Origin: Hemiscyllium ocellatum
Taxonomy: Eukaryota
Direction: 5' to 3'
Assembly (NCBI RefSeq): GCF_020745735.1
Contig: NC_083435.1
Coordinates: 25,667,231 to 25,731,230 of the forward strand
Length of the DNA: 64,000 bases
This document shows positions 1 through 13,389 of this stretch, in pieces. The notes below the pieces were generated by a model that searched no databases, was not told the origin of the DNA, and saw only the letters and a list, made by a program, of their open reading frames with translations. Position 1 is the first letter of the stretch; each line of letters opens with the position of its first letter. Made by a program: the position numbers and the translations under genes.

Positions 1-1670
1 AGGAAGAACACATAGGAAATGGCAGATGCATATAGATAGGTTGAGCAGCTGGGCAAAAATCTATAGATGGAGTATAACCTGGGAAATGATGTGACACAAA
101 GCATTGCCGAAATAGTGAAGGCCTATAGAATTCAGAGGTGCAGGAAGAACAATGTGTTCTCATGCATGTGTCTTAAATGTTAGTACTATATTAAACGTGT
201 ATAATATATAATTATCATATGTATTTTAAAGTATAGTGAATTAGTTTTCACATTTAGTTCTATGAATATATTCTTTTTAATAAAAGAGGTCAGAAAATTG
301 CTTGGAGTGTGAACTGAATACATCATGTACAAGATAGCATGTCACTAATGTTAAATACATAGACTGGTCCCGGTAAAAATAATTGATAAAGTGCTTACTA
401 TACTAAGAATTAGTTCATACAGAAAAACAAATGGTCAGAAATCATGACTAGGTTTAGTTCAGAAAATAAGAAGTTTCCACTTTGCAGGAGAACAGTTTTC
501 CTTATAAGGGCAGAATATAATGATCTTCAAAGGTAAGAAATTAGGTTCTAGAATCCCCAGGTTGTGAGTCTTTAGGAGTGTCATATCAGTACTGAAAAGA
601 AATTTGGACTCTCAAAACTGGAAAGAAGTTGTAGGTCTATCCAGTGTGGAAAGATTCTGTGAAGTAAGAAAATAATTAGTTCAGATGGAATGTACTTCGC
701 TGATATTGAATATCTGCAAAGGGTGTTGTTGAGAAAGGATTGGTTCCTTGTTTTTACTTACTTACATTAATTACATTTTTTTATGTTTTCGTTAACGGGC
801 ACTTACAATCTTTTTGAATATATTCAGCAACTAAGCTCCAGGATAACCAAAGTGCAAAATTAAAACTTATGGTTACCTGAACTGGTATCATAGGAGAACA
901 CAGGTACATCAAATTATTCAGAATGTTAATTGAATGTCATCCTTTATTATAAGAGGAATTGACTACGCTGTAAACACTATGCACCATTTTGACCTCCCTA
1001 TTAAAGGAAGGATGAAAACACATTGGGGGCAGTTCAGAAGAGGTTCACAAGATTGCTACTTGCACTGAATGCATTTTATGTGAGGGAAGGTTAGACTTTT
1101 TTCCATAGAAGTTTGGAAAAATGTCGACTTGATCGAAATGTAAAATTTTGGAGCAATCTTGACAATGTTGATTTGACAATGTTGATGTTTTCTTTTGTAG
1201 GTGAATCAAGAATTAGGGGGTACTGTTTAAAAAAGTAGGTGTTGTCATTTAAGTGCAGATGACAGGAGATTGTTTTTCCTTCTCTCAGAGGATTTGACAC
1301 CTTTGTAAGCATCTGCCTCAAGTGATGGTCACAGTGGAGCATTTAAATACTAAGGCAAATGTAAGTGCATTCCTTCTAGACAAGGGCATCGCAGTATATT
1401 AGAGGAAGATGGAACTGTGAAATTTGACATGCAAACACATTAGCCAAGATGTCCATATGTCCCCAGTCTGTGTCACCCTGCAGCTACATTTCTGAAAGGT
1501 TAAAGAAAAGTTTTCAATCCTGGATGAATGAAGGGAAGTGCTCAGATTTATTTCAGAATCTATTCTGTATGAATCCATTCAGTCAGCAGTGAAAACAGCT
1601 CTTGGTTCTTATTTTGGATATGATTAAGTGAAGGTAAATATTGAAATGTATGCATTGTTGTCACACTCAC

Positions 1671-1851
1671 CATTTTCATTGGGTGTATATATTGGTTTGT
1701 CCGTCTGAATGAATATGTAACCTTTTTTTGATGACAGCAGGATTGGAACCATTCTCCTTTTTGTAAACAGCTCTGGACATTCAGCAACAAGAGAAACATA
1801 TTTGGTTCGACGTGACCAAATGTTAGCCTTCTTGATGGGATGAGGAAGAGC
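1671..1851 (-). CDS. C4: Complement C4-like, exon 3 (ALPHPIKKANIWSRRTKYVSLVAECPELFTKRRMVPILLSSKKGYIFIQTDKPIYTPNEN); gene continues off the left edge
   Basis: Carries the thioester-protein motif GYIFIQTDKPIYTP. 181 bp, phase 0->1, donor gtgagt. It lies in a different frame from the listed ORF 1560..1916. The acceptor (ccccacag) is less certain. Confidence 0.85.
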
Positions 1852-2466
1852 CTGTGGGGTTTCATATCGTGGAGGTTAACAATGGTAAAACTAGTTAATT
1901 CATTCAAATATTTCACTGAGTCACACCGTAACCCATTTACAATGTGATATGGTCACTGAAAACAGTATCAGCGGACAGACAGTGTCAGCAGAGTTGCACA
2001 CCTGGTCATTGGAAAACATAAAAAGGACAGTTTCCGTCTATTACCTATTTCCAATAGATTAAATTTACCGTATTCTAAAACATGAAATGGTCCAGGTTCT
2101 AAGGCTTGGCACGTCATGCTGTTTAAGTTACTTTGGTAAAAATGGCATTCTTCACCTCTGAATGGGAAAGCTTTCTTTAAACTATTGTTCACTCAATAAC
2201 TATAGAAATGATTTGACGCATGACTTCCTGTGTGTATCCTGGTGGGTAGATGCCTGCCAAAGTTGTCAAACTTCCCATGTTTGTATTTTTTTTCATCCTT
2301 CAGTTGTTTTCACATTATTATATTGAATCATTCTCTAAATAAAGGGTAATATTAGAATAGTAATGACTTTTTAAGGCAGTGTGTCCTTTGAAAAATAGAA
2401 AACATGAGAGAATCCAGGTAGAACATACAGGTACAGTTTCATTTTCACAAACTGATTGTAACTTAC

Positions 2467-2659
2467 AGTCACAGTTTTAATTCCCTGGTAGTTGTTCCCA
2501 GCATTTAGTTCAAAGTCAACTTCTTCTGAACAACGTGTGTATGTCAAAGTGTCCAATAAATAAACGTTGATTTTGACAGACTTTTCTATTCCATCCAATT
2601 GAATGGTGATGGTCTCTGGCACCCCAACATGAATAATATTGGGGGCAGTGATTAAGTAT
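2467..2659 (-). CDS. C4: Complement C4-like, exon 2 (MG1: YLITAPNIIHVGVPETITIQLDGIEKSVKINVYLLDTLTYTRCSEEVDFELNAGNNYQGIKTVT)
   Basis: Acceptor tttttatttccctag, donor gtaagt, 193 bp, phase 2->0. The N-terminus is typical of the C3/C4/C5 family. CSEEVDFEL resembles human C4 CSPKVDFTL, which favours C4 over C3/C5. Confidence 0.85.
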
Positions 2660-3623
2660 CTAGGGAAATAAAAATGAGAAAACATGCTGTAGTCAATGTG
2701 CCAAATGGACATCTTCACTGAAGGATACACACATCCGCATAGAACAATGGTGGTGGATTTCCTCCAGTGTTGGCCGCTTGATCCACCTTTTTTTTAATGT
2801 TTCCCTGAGCTTATGATAGCACATACAACTAGCATGGGAGAAGCATGGGAACTTAAATGTGTATTTCCCAAGTCTTCCACTCTAAGTTCAACCTTTGCAA
2901 AACTTAGAGCTGAGACTAGCTAGTTGTCTTTTACCTTGTACAAATTGACACGTAATAGCAGCATCAAGTGTAACTTAACAATTGGTATAAATGACTGGTT
3001 GAGTTTAACTACATTAAATGCATCTTTGAGGGATCACTTTGTCTTCATCAGTTCAGATCGAAATTTTGCTTGCCATCATCCTAGCTTGCAACTGACCCGG
3101 TTCAATAGAGCAATTGTGACAACTGCACTGTAGGAAGATTGGCAAATTTAAATAGTTGGCTGGCTTTGCACCCTGGCCAGTTTTATCATGCTGTTGCCAC
3201 ACAGATAATTACCTTCTCTGATGCACAACAGGAGGCTAAATATTACTCTTGAATGCTACCGGATGTCAAGGACTGCCAAGTCCACCAATAAAATGAAAAT
3301 AAGGCCTTGCATATTGCTGATGTTACAAAGACATCTGAAATTCATAACGAGCCAACTTTTTAAAAATGGTTGCTCCTTCATTGCAGAAAGTTTAAGTGGG
3401 CAATTTGGGAGGTGGAGGGTAATGTGAATGCATTGATAACATGACTGATTGCAACCTAGAATCCCAGGTGAATGCTTTGCGGATCTGGATTTGGCTTCCA
3501 TCATGGCAGATAGTGACATTGGACTTTGTTCCAGTCAAAAATTGAATTCCATCAAAATCTGGAATTAAAAGCTAGCCTTATGGCGACCATGTTGTTTGTT
3601 GTTAAAAAAAATGTACACACCTA

Positions 3624-3940
3624 GGGCAGCACGGTGGCACAGTGGTTAGCACTGCTGCCTCACAGCACCAGAGACCCGGGTTCAATTCCCGACTCAGGCA
3701 ACTGACTGTGTGGAGTTTGCACGTTCTCCCCGTGTCAGCGTGGGTTTCTTCCGGGTGCTCCGGTTTCCTCCCACAGTCCAAAGATGTGCGGGTCAGGTGA
3801 ATTGGCCATGCTAAATTGCCCGTAGTGTTAGGTAAGGGGTAAATGTAGGGGTATGGGTGGGTTGCGCTTCGGCGGGTCGCTGTGGACTTGTTGGGCCGAA
3901 GGGCCTGTTTCCACACTGTAAGTCTAATCTAAAAAAAAAA
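3624..3940 (+). mobile_element. Shark tRNA-derived SINE (HE1/V-SINE type), full length
   Basis: tRNA-like head with A/B boxes (tggcacagtggtt...ggttcaattcc), conserved core, CR1-like tail, poly-A. Confidence 0.9.
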
Positions 3941-4193
3941 CCTACTTCATTGATATCTTACAAGGGGAGAAAATCTGCCATTTTTTCCCTGGTCTGGCAA
4001 ATACATGACTCCAAACTCACAGCAATGTGATTGACTTGAAATTGAGTTTTAGTCAATTCGGATTAGACAATAAATGCTGGCTTAGGCAATGGCACCCATA
4101 TCCCATGAATTACACAGATAAAGATTTCACCAAAGTGGAATGCAATAAATCTCACATGTTTCAGTGCTGTTAACTGAGGCGGGGTATGTCAGT

Positions 4194-4435
4194 AGAAAGT
4201 GAGGACTGCCGATGCTGGAGAGCAGAGTTTAGAATGTGGTGCTGGAAAAGCAATAGCAGGTTAACGTCCGAGGAGCAGGGAAATCGATGTTATGGTCACA
4301 AACCCTTCATCAGGAATAAGCCCTTCATCAGGAATGATTCCCAATGAAGGGCTAATGCCTGAATCGTCAATTGTCCTGCTTCTTGGATGTTGCCCGACCT
4401 GCCGTGCTTTTCCAGCACCACGCTCCCAACTCTGA
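4194..4435. mobile_element. Fold-back pair of Penelope-like terminal fragments
   Basis: Minus-strand terminus 4194-4335 abuts a plus-strand terminus at about 4341-4435; both are degraded. Confidence 0.7.
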
Positions 4436-4875
4436 GGGGATATATCAGGCCACCCTGTTGGACTTAGCTGGTATTCCCTGAATGCTATCTAAAATCATTT
4501 GCATCCCAGTCCCTGGGCACACCGCATCTCCATGTAAACTTTCACTCGAAACCCTCCAGAATCTTAGACTTGAAAACCTCACTGTCTTGTACTTAGTTGA
4601 TAAGACAGGGAGCAATTGGGTAACAAACGAGGAAGTGGACCTGAAACCACAATTTAAAAGGCCATGATCTTCAAGAATGGTGCATCCAACAGAAAGGACC
4701 CAATAGCTTGCTGTGGTGTTCTCATAGACTTAAAACATAAATTAGACCATGCCCTTGTGAGGAGAATGCATAAGCACTTTTGTAACCTCCCGAGACAGGG
4801 GAGCAAGCCATATTTATGTTACCCATTATACTGATTACTTAGAAGGGGCTCTAAAGAATCCATAAAAATACTTAC

Positions 4876-4940
4876 AACGGTGAAAGAACTGTTGGAGATA
4901 TAAGCACAGAACAGCACAGAAGGAAGAACAATAGATCCAT
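4876..4940 (-). CDS. C4: Complement C4-like, exon 1 (signal peptide MDLLFFLLCCSVLISPTVLSP + TT)
   Basis: ATG at 4940 and a hydrophobic leader. 65 bp coding ends in phase 2 at a gtaagt donor and joins exon 2 in frame (TT|A = Leu). This matches the 65-bp phase-2 first coding exon I recall for C4/C5. Confidence 0.8.
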
Positions 4941-6527
4941 TGTTGCAAAACAGTCAATGTCGGCAGGATGGAGAAATCTCGGGAAATGATCTTTCTGAGT
5001 CAAGCTGACTGCGTTGTAAACAATCTTTCACAATTTTTTATGCGTACGGTTCTATAATAGTGTTGACTTATAGTTATTTATTTATCTCGTTGTCTACTCC
5101 AGCCGCAGTGAGAGAGGAAAAACAATCTTGTTTATTTAGTTTTCTTTCAGTTCTTCTTTCACATTCACACTCTGCGATTTCCTTTGATCTTGCACCTCGG
5201 CCTGTAGAGAACAATTGAGAGATTTAACCTCACCACTATTTCAAGATTGTCAGCAAGAGAGCTCAGAGGGAGATGAGGAGAAACTTATTTGCTCTGAGAG
5301 TTGTCAGGGAAAGTGGTGGAGGATTCCATAGGAAGTCCCTAAAGAGAACTGGATATTTGAAAGACTTTAGAGGGCTATGGAGATGGGGCTGGAAAGTGGG
5401 ACTGGCTGGGTAGCTCTTTCAGTACAGACACAGCAGGTCAAATGGCCTCCTTCCGTACTGTAAAATTATTTGATTCTAACATTTCACAACAGTTCACAAT
5501 ATTTGCAAGTTCAACTCCATAAATTTCATTTTTGGTGTTTAATAAAACTGCACCTTCTGAATAGCTCTTTAGAATAATAGAATTCCTCGTGTGCAAACAG
5601 GCCACTCAGCCCATCAAGTCCACACTGACCCTCTGAAGGGTATTCCTCCTAAACGCAACCCCTGTAACCCTGCATTTGCTATGGCTAATCCACCTAGCCT
5701 GCACATTGTTTGGACTGTGAAAGGAAAACATAGCACCCGGAGGAAACCCACATAGACAATATGCAAACTTCACACAAGGATGGAATCAAACCCAGGTCCT
5801 TGACACTGCTTGGTAGCAGTGCTAGCCACTGTGCCACCCCATCATTGCTTAATAAACAGCAGATTAAGTTGATTGCTGGTTTGTTTTGACTTTGGGCGCC
5901 AAATGGCTTTTCATTACTATTTATAAAAAAAAAGGCCTGTAGATGCTGGAATTCAGAAACAAAAAAAAATGGAAACAGTTAGAAAGAAAAACTCAGTAGG
6001 TCTGGCAGATTCTGTGGAGAGAGAAAGTAGAGTTAACATTTCGGGTCCAGTGACCCTTCTTCAAAACTGATGGTAGTGAGGAAAAGATTGATATAGAGGA
6101 GGCGTCGGTGCAAATTATAGGGTGGGAGATAGAGATCAGAGAGAGAGGAAGAGACAGCGAGAGAGCGAGAGAGACTAAGAGAACAGTAAAGCGTTATTGT
6201 GGAGTTTGCACATTCTCCTCGTTTCAGTGTGGGTTTCCTCTTGGTGCTGCAGATTCCTCCCACAATGCAAAGAACTGCAGGTTAGATGAATTGACCATGC
6301 TAAATTGCTCATAGTGTTCAGGGATGCGCAGGTTAGGTGCACTGGTCAGGGATAAATACAGGTTGGGGGAATGGGTGTGAGTTACTCTTTGGAGGGTCAG
6401 TGTGGAGTTGTTGGGCCGAAAGGCCTGTTTCCACACTGTATGGATTCTATATTTCTGATTTGCAACACATGCAATTCATTTGCTTTTTTTTGTAAGGGAA
6501 CAGCAGTTTGACAGATAAAGGAATGGG

Positions 6528-7340
6528 GAGAAAGTGAGGTCTGCAGATGCAGGAGATCAGAGCTGAAAATGTGTTGCTATAAAAGCGCAGCAGGTCATGG
6601 AACATCCAAGGAACAGGAAATTGTTATGCTCTGGCGGTGGAGGAGTCCAAGGACCTGCATGTCCTTGGTGGAGTGGGAGGGAGAGTTAAAGTGTTGAGCC
6701 ACGGGATGGTTGGGTTGGTTGGTCCGGGTGTCCCAGAGGTGTTCTCTGAAATGTTCCACAAGCAGGCAGCCTGTCTCCCCAATATAGAGGAGGCCACATT
6801 GGGTGCAGCAGATGCAATAGATGATGTGTGTGGAGGTGCAGGTGAATTTGTGGCGGATATGGAAGGATCCCTTGGGGCCTTGGAGAGAAGTAAGGCAGGA
6901 GGTGTGGGCACAAGTTTTGCATTTCTTGCAGTTGCAGGGGAAGGTGCCGGGAGTGGCATAACAACATGACGGTTGGAGGAAGAGCGCCTCATCTTCCACC
7001 TGAGAACCCTCCAACCACAAGGGATGAACTCAGATTTCTCCAGTTTCCTCACTTCCCCTCCCCCCACCTTGTCTCAGTCGAATCCCTCGAACTCAGCACC
7101 GCCCTCCTAACCTGCAATCTTCTTCCTGACCTCTCCGCCCCCACCCCACTCCAGCCTATCACCCTCACCTTGACCTCCTTCCACCTATCACATCTCCATC
7201 ACCCCTCCCCCAAGTACCTCCTCCCTACCTTTTATCTTAGCCTGCTGGACACACTTTCCTCATTCCTGATGAAGGGCTTTTGCCTGAAACGTCGAATTTC
7301 CTGTTCTTTGGATGCTGCTTGACCGGCTGCGCTTTTCCAG
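6528..7340. mobile_element. Penelope-like insertion with internal inversion (6528-6960 minus, 6961-7340 plus)
   Basis: GIY-YIG IIYCICCTQCGLLYIGETG on minus, 3' region on plus. 16-bp TSD cagataaaggaatggg at 6512-6527 and 7341-7356. Confidence 0.9.
7262..7297 (+). ncRNA. Minimal type I hammerhead ribozyme motif in Penelope-like terminus
   Basis: ATTC-CTGATGA-a-GGGC tttt GCCT-GAAAC-GTC-GAAT: conserved core, stem II, stem I ATTC/GAAT, GUC cleavage triplet. Confidence 0.75.
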
Positions 7341-7816
7341 CAGATAAAGGAATGGGTAAAGGTCAGCCTGGGATAATGAATAGCTGCTATTGGAGCCTGT
7401 TAGTGACTGATAATGGACTATTTATGATAACACCCCATATGATCATCAGACCTTGTGTGTGGAGATTGGAATAAGGACATGGGAGAGGGTGGTCAGACCC
7501 TAAAACTATTGAACTCGTTTTGAACCCTGAAGATTACAGAATCTCCAAATGGAAAATGAGATGCAGTTGTTCCAGTTTGCGCAGTGATCTGCTTTCTCTC
7601 CACAGATGCTGGTAGCTATACAGAAAACAATACACTGTTCCATGGTATCCATGCTCTCCTGTGAAAGAGAGAGAGAAAAAACATCTATTTAAATCCCTTC
7701 CTCTTCTACTGACTCAGAAAATTTTTCAGGCATGCATGGGCATCTGATTTTTTTTTAAAGTTACTGAGTGTACCTGAGCCACGCTCTCAGGCTGCACATT
7801 CCAAATCCTATAACAT

Positions 7817-8113
7817 GGGCGGCACAGTGGTTAGCACTGCTGCCTCACAGCGCCTGTAGACCCGGGTTCAATTCCCGACTCAGGCGACTGACTGTGTGGA
7901 GTTTGCACGTTCTCCCCATGTCTGCGTGGGTTTCCTCCGGGTGCTCCGGTTTCCTCCCACAGTCCAAAGATGTGCGGGTCAGGTGAATTGGCCAAGCTAA
8001 ATTGCCCGTAGTGTTAGGTAAGGGGTAAATGTAGGGGTATGGGTGGGTTGCGCGTCGGTGTGGACTTGTTGGGCCGAAGGGCCTGTTTCCACACTGTAAG
8101 TCTAATCTAAAAA
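7817..8113 (+). mobile_element. Shark SINE (HE1 type)
   Basis: Near-identical to 3624-3940. Confidence 0.9.
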
Positions 8114-11100
8114 CCACATTCAAAAGAAATCCATGTCACATTTGATCCTTTTATGCAATCCATCTCAACTACTGCTTACTGGAACAGAGCCTGTACACTC
8201 CCTCTCTAATGGTTTCAAACATTTTAACACCTCTCAGTAATTCTTTTTTTCAAGATGAATTACAACCCCATGGAACAAGCTCTCTCGTCATTGAGGTATT
8301 TTGGTAAATGCACTTTCTCTGCAGCCTTCACATCCTCCCTCACTCTAGTGGCCAGAATTAGACATTCTGTTAAGGTCATGCTAGCATTTTGCAATTGAAT
8401 TCAGTGAAGCCTTTTTTTATTTTTGCACTTTATTCATCCATTTATAAATCACAAGTTATTTGGTGCATTTCAAACAGATTCTCAACCTGCCATGCCATCT
8501 TTGAACATCGTGCACCAAGATCCCTCTTCTTGATCCAATTTAGAACTGACCTCATAATTTTCTGCTAGGTTTCTTTGAAGGATGAAATCCTTACAGTGTG
8601 GGAACAGGCTACTCAGCCGATCAAATTTGCAATGACCCTCCAAAAAGCATCCCACCCAGACCCAGTTCCCTCACCACATTTCCTGCAGCCAATCCACCTA
8701 ACCTGCACATTGCTGGACCGTGGGAGGAAACTGGAACACCCAGAGGAAACCCACACAGACACGGGGAGAACATGCAAACTCCACACGGGCAGTCATCCGA
8801 GGCTGGAATGGAATCCGGATCCCTGGCACAGTGAGGCAGCAGTGCTAACCGCTGAACTACTGTGCTCTGGCCATGCTATCCTTCCTTCAAATATGGAACA
8901 TATCACACCTTTCTTCAATTCCTCCAGTCTGATGTTGGCCTTTTGAAATCATCCCTCTTACAGTTCACAATATTTGCAAATTTGTGACACCTGCAATTCT
9001 AAAACAAAATATCTCCTGTTATCTAAATGTAGGTGAGAAATAAATAATAAGACAAGTATTTGTCCTGGGACAGACCTCAGGGGAAATTTCATTCTAACTT
9101 TCTGCAACTCCCAAGAATGACTGCTCCCCATTATGTTCTGTTTCTCCTAAAACTCAATGAATTCACAGTGTCAATTTTATTTTCACAGTCTTTGAATTTC
9201 CTGCCAAGCCTATAAGCCAATGCGCAATTGTTGTATTTTCTTTGTTATCTGACCATTTTTGATTGATCAGGCTGCATTAATTTATCTAAATTAATGACAG
9301 ATGAACAATTTTCAAAGTTTATAAATGTGTAATTATCTTCAAACTTTACACCGTGCTGAAGTTGGGATAAGTGCTTGAAAATTCTTAACATTTCTCCAGT
9401 CTTTAGGCAGCTAAAATTAACTCATGTGTCCAATATTTTTCCTTCACAATTGAACTGCAGTCTTCATTATTGATGCTGGACATCTGAAAACTCTGGAGAA
9501 ACTCAGAATGTCTGTCGTACCTGAAGAGAGAAAAACAGAGTCAATGTTTCAACTTCTTTAGAATTAAGGGAGAGCAGGAGCAAATGGAATAGATGGTGTG
9601 AGACGCGAGAGGAAAAGACAAAAATGAGGGGCAATGATAGGAGAAGAGTGATACTGATGTGCAAAAAGTGTTAATGCTAGGTGTGAATTATAGAAAATAG
9701 GTCAGCTCAACTGAGAGTGAAATAATGCGAGCCAACACCTAGTGGAGAAATGAAAGGGAAGTGATCATCAAAACAGAGAAAGGTGCTTTTGGTATGAAAT
9801 TACTGACCTCAGTACTGAGTCCTGAAGGTTGTAATGAGCCTAGGAAGAAAACAAGATGCCTTCCTTCACTGGAGCTCTGCAACAGGCCCGATTTATATTT
9901 GGAAAGGTAGAAAATAGTAGCAGGAGCGTGCAGTGCAATATGATCGTGGCTAATCATCCAATTCAATAGCCTGTTCCCACTTTGACCCACTTCTGTTGAA
10001 CCCATTAGTGCAAAGAATTACACCTAACTCCTTCTTGAAAGCATGTAATGTTTTGGCCTTAATCACTTTCTTGTAGCATAGAATTCCACAGACACATCAC
10101 TCTCTGAGTGAAGACATGTCTCTTCATCTCAGTCCTTGTATATTTAGATTATGGCCCTTAGTTCTAGACTCCCTGGTGATCGGGAACATCTTTCATGTAC
10201 TTACCTTGACTGAAGTGCTTTCAAAATTTGATATTTTATGAAACCTCCCTTCATTTTTTGAAACATCAGTGAAAATAGTCCCAGTGCATCCAATCTCTCT
10301 TCATATGTTAGTCCTGACATTCAGGAAACCAGTCTTCATTTATCTCTCTCCTTAGCCAGAACATTCTTCCTCAGTTAAGGAGATCAAATCAGTGTACAAT
10401 TTTACCAACTGTAATTTCACCTAAGTAAAATTGCAGCAACACATTTTCTCCCATACCTTCTTCACTAGCTGCTGTACCTATGATTACTTTCAGCAACTGG
10501 TGTACAAGAATATTCAGGCTTCATTGCACCATCCCATTTCCTGATCCATAAAGATTCAGATAATAATCTGTCCACCGAAGCTGATACTCTCCCTTTTCTC
10601 CACATTACACAACATCAGCCATGCTTTTTTCCCTTGCCCTCAACTTATCCAAGTCACACCCCGTCCTCCTCTCAGCCCACCCTCCCATCTAGCTTTGTGT
10701 CATCTTCAAAGCCGGAGATATTACATTCAGCTCTCTCGTTTAAATCATTAAAATATATTGTGAATAGCTGGGGTACTAACGCTAATCCCTGTAACACTCC
10801 ATTAGTCACAGCCTGCCACTCAGAAAAGAGCTCCAGTGCTTCTGAAGAAGATTCACTGGACTGCTGAGATTTTCCATAACTGCTGTTTCTCACCCAGAAA
10901 AGACCTATCTACTCCTACCCTTTTCTTCCTGTCTGCCAACTAGCTCTCTATCCATGTCAGTACACTTCTGCACTTTAATTTTACTTCCTAAGATCTGATG
11001 TGGGATCTTATGAAAAATCTTCTAAGAATCCCACTATTTCACATTATAATTCACCTGTCACGCATTTATCCACTATTCACATTGTTTCCAGTCCAACATT

Positions 11101-12571
11101 GTTGATCAGAAGTCTATTTTATTTTAAGTTTAAAATTTGAAATATCAGTAATGCATTTTCATCGTTTTTACTTTGGGACCAACGACTGTGTGATCAGAGG
11201 AAATGTAACTTAAATTCTCCTTGTGCTCAACAGAATGTGGCTAAGAATTCGAGACGATTGTAATGAGTTGCACATTGCAATGATGATCACTGGGCCTAAC
11301 AATTTCGAGAGTTCAAGGTTGAGTGACATTAATCAGTAATGAGATATTTAACTTCAACCACCGTCAGTTTGCAAGGAAGTTACAAACAACACCACCATGA
11401 CATTAGGCTGAAAATGAGCATAGAAATGTTAACAACCAGTTATAACTTGATTCAAAATACAGATTTGTTGCATAAATATTTGAGGTCATAGCACTATACT
11501 TGACAAAGAAACTACTGCAATCTCTCAAACTTCATATCACTGAATGTATCTGTTATCATGCTGTATAAAACACAGAAATACCACAACAGTACAGCTTAAT
11601 TTAGTGGAATACCAAGTGCATTTTGAAACGGAATAAGTTATATAATATTTCACTCGATAGTTTTTTTTTGCTTTCAAGTGCAGGGATATAAATTCCTACG
11701 CTTGTCTTGGATTGTGTTTGCATGGAATTATCTCCAAATTGTCAGTGGCAGTTGACAATTATTTTTACTTTTGGGAACAATGTCCTTCTTGGCATTTCTT
11801 TCCAGACTATGCATCTGACTTACTGGAAATTTGACACATCGTCATTTTGCAATATTTACCATTGACCTCTGCCCGACGTGCCACAGAAATAAATAACATT
11901 ACTAACTAGAGCCAATGATAAGACTTCATTACATGCCCTCTGAGAAGATCTGGCTGATAGACAGCAATCAGCAGAATGAGTTAAAATGGACACAAACAAA
12001 ACTCCATTTATAAGCATCTATTCAGAGAGTTGGATTATTTGCAATTTTGGGGATTAGCATAGGATGGTGCCATGTTATAACTGCCATCCAGTTCCCTATT
12101 CTCTTGGCTTCAACTGTGCTTGACAGTCCTGCTGGTCCAATTGTGTCCTTCTGTGTTCTTCATTGTTCAATGACCCACTGAGCATTCCCCAGCATCTTTC
12201 TATACATTGTTCCAGATACACAAGCCATCTTCTTTGCTTTTGGCACGTCGTACCATCCGGATACCTTATTGGCAAATCATCCTCGCATGAACTGAAGTGG
12301 AGTGAGACAGAATGCGTTGGGAAACCGCAAAGCCTTGTTGATTCACTTGTGTTTCTGAAGCAAGTCCTTATTTAAAACTCTTGCTCACCCGAAGATGTGT
12401 AAGAGCTGAAACCAGAGTGAACGCTGACCACTCAGTGTTACAGGGGACAAACAGTTGGTGTGATGTCTTCAGTTTACCCCGTCGGTATCAACTTCACAAA
12501 AAGCCAATGGTCATCATTTAATCTGCAGGTTGTGAATCAATATGAGGCCTGATACAGTTACGGTGGAGAGA

Positions 12572-12614
12572 ATGCGCTCCAGCCTCCAACTCTGGATACT
12601 GACTCAAGTCTTTG
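12572..12614 (+). CDS. Gene A leader exon (MRSSLQLWILTQVF); in-frame upstream ATG at 12542
   Basis: 43 bp, phase 1, donor G|gtaagc. Joins either V exon as ...QVFAMS(T/A)AN. Same length and phase as the gene B leader. CCAAT box about 70 bp upstream. Confidence 0.65.
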
Positions 12615-13389
12615 GTAAGCTGCTTCAACAAGCCCCATATCGAGCGGATTGAATGTGCTTTTAGTTCAATGCAGATACACATGAAAATTCAGGTCAGTGC
12701 CACCAGGCAAAATGGAGATTTTTTAGGGATCCCCCAGGCACCAAGGGGCCGAGGTATATCACCACCCCCCCCCCCCGGTAATGTTGCAATTTTGATCAGT
12801 TGCAATTCTGTGAGCTTCCATTAAACCTTTGACTTTTGCGTTTGCTACAGTAGCTCAGCAGTCCAACTTGTCAAATTAAAGTCTGACTACAAGTCAAGAT
12901 GCTGGAAATCTGGAACAAGCACAGAGAGTGCCGAGGAAACTCAGCAGGTCTGTGCGGAGAGAAAAACAGAGTTAAAGTTTCGCGTCCTCTCATTAGCTCT
13001 CTTTTCCGGTACAAATTAGCTCAGATTGTCGGGCGGGTGGTCCACAGCGTAGAGTAATATCAACTGTATGGAGGCCCTTCCTGCACTGGTTGAGGTTGCC
13101 ACGATGGAGTCTCATTCTCAACCTCTCCCCTCACCTGAGGCATGGTGATCCTTGTGTTAAACCACCACCATGCATCTCTCTGCAAGAAAGCAGCCCTATG
13201 GTCTGTTAGGACTGTGTTGACCTTACTGTTTACCCTCAAATCCATTGAGTCTTTCAGCAAACAATGCGTTTAAATTTCAGTTTGAAAAAAAAATAGGAGA
13301 TATCAGCACAACCCAATTATTTGTTAGAGGGAGACTTTATCTTTTAAATAACACTCCCAGAAGCTTAGCAAGATTCCTCATTGTTGACT

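Larger units (their letters stand above)
5585..8860. mobile_element. Older diverged SINE copies at about 5590-5840 (-), 6190-6450 (+), 8580-8860 (-); others at 30535-30715 (-), 35950-36220 (-), 55590-55740 (+)
   Basis: Partial similarity to the SINE core and tail (ggaaacccac, ccatgctaaattg, ggcctgtttccacactgta). Confidence 0.7.

Noticed and set aside
780-960. Candidate C4 exon 4 (…SPMIPVQ|gtaacc, minus)
   Set aside because: No convincing match to the expected VRYRVFALD-type sequence or phase; exon 4 is probably outside the window or unrecognised.
3602-3916. Recurring ORFs containing HLTRTSLDCGRKPEHPEETHADTGRTCKLHT (also 7845, 8575, 52058)
   Set aside because: Antisense translations of SINE copies, not a protein family.
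5140-5215. Minus-strand acceptor ttgttctctacag followed by a short open frame upstream of C4
   Set aside because: No recognisable product, donor or partner exon.
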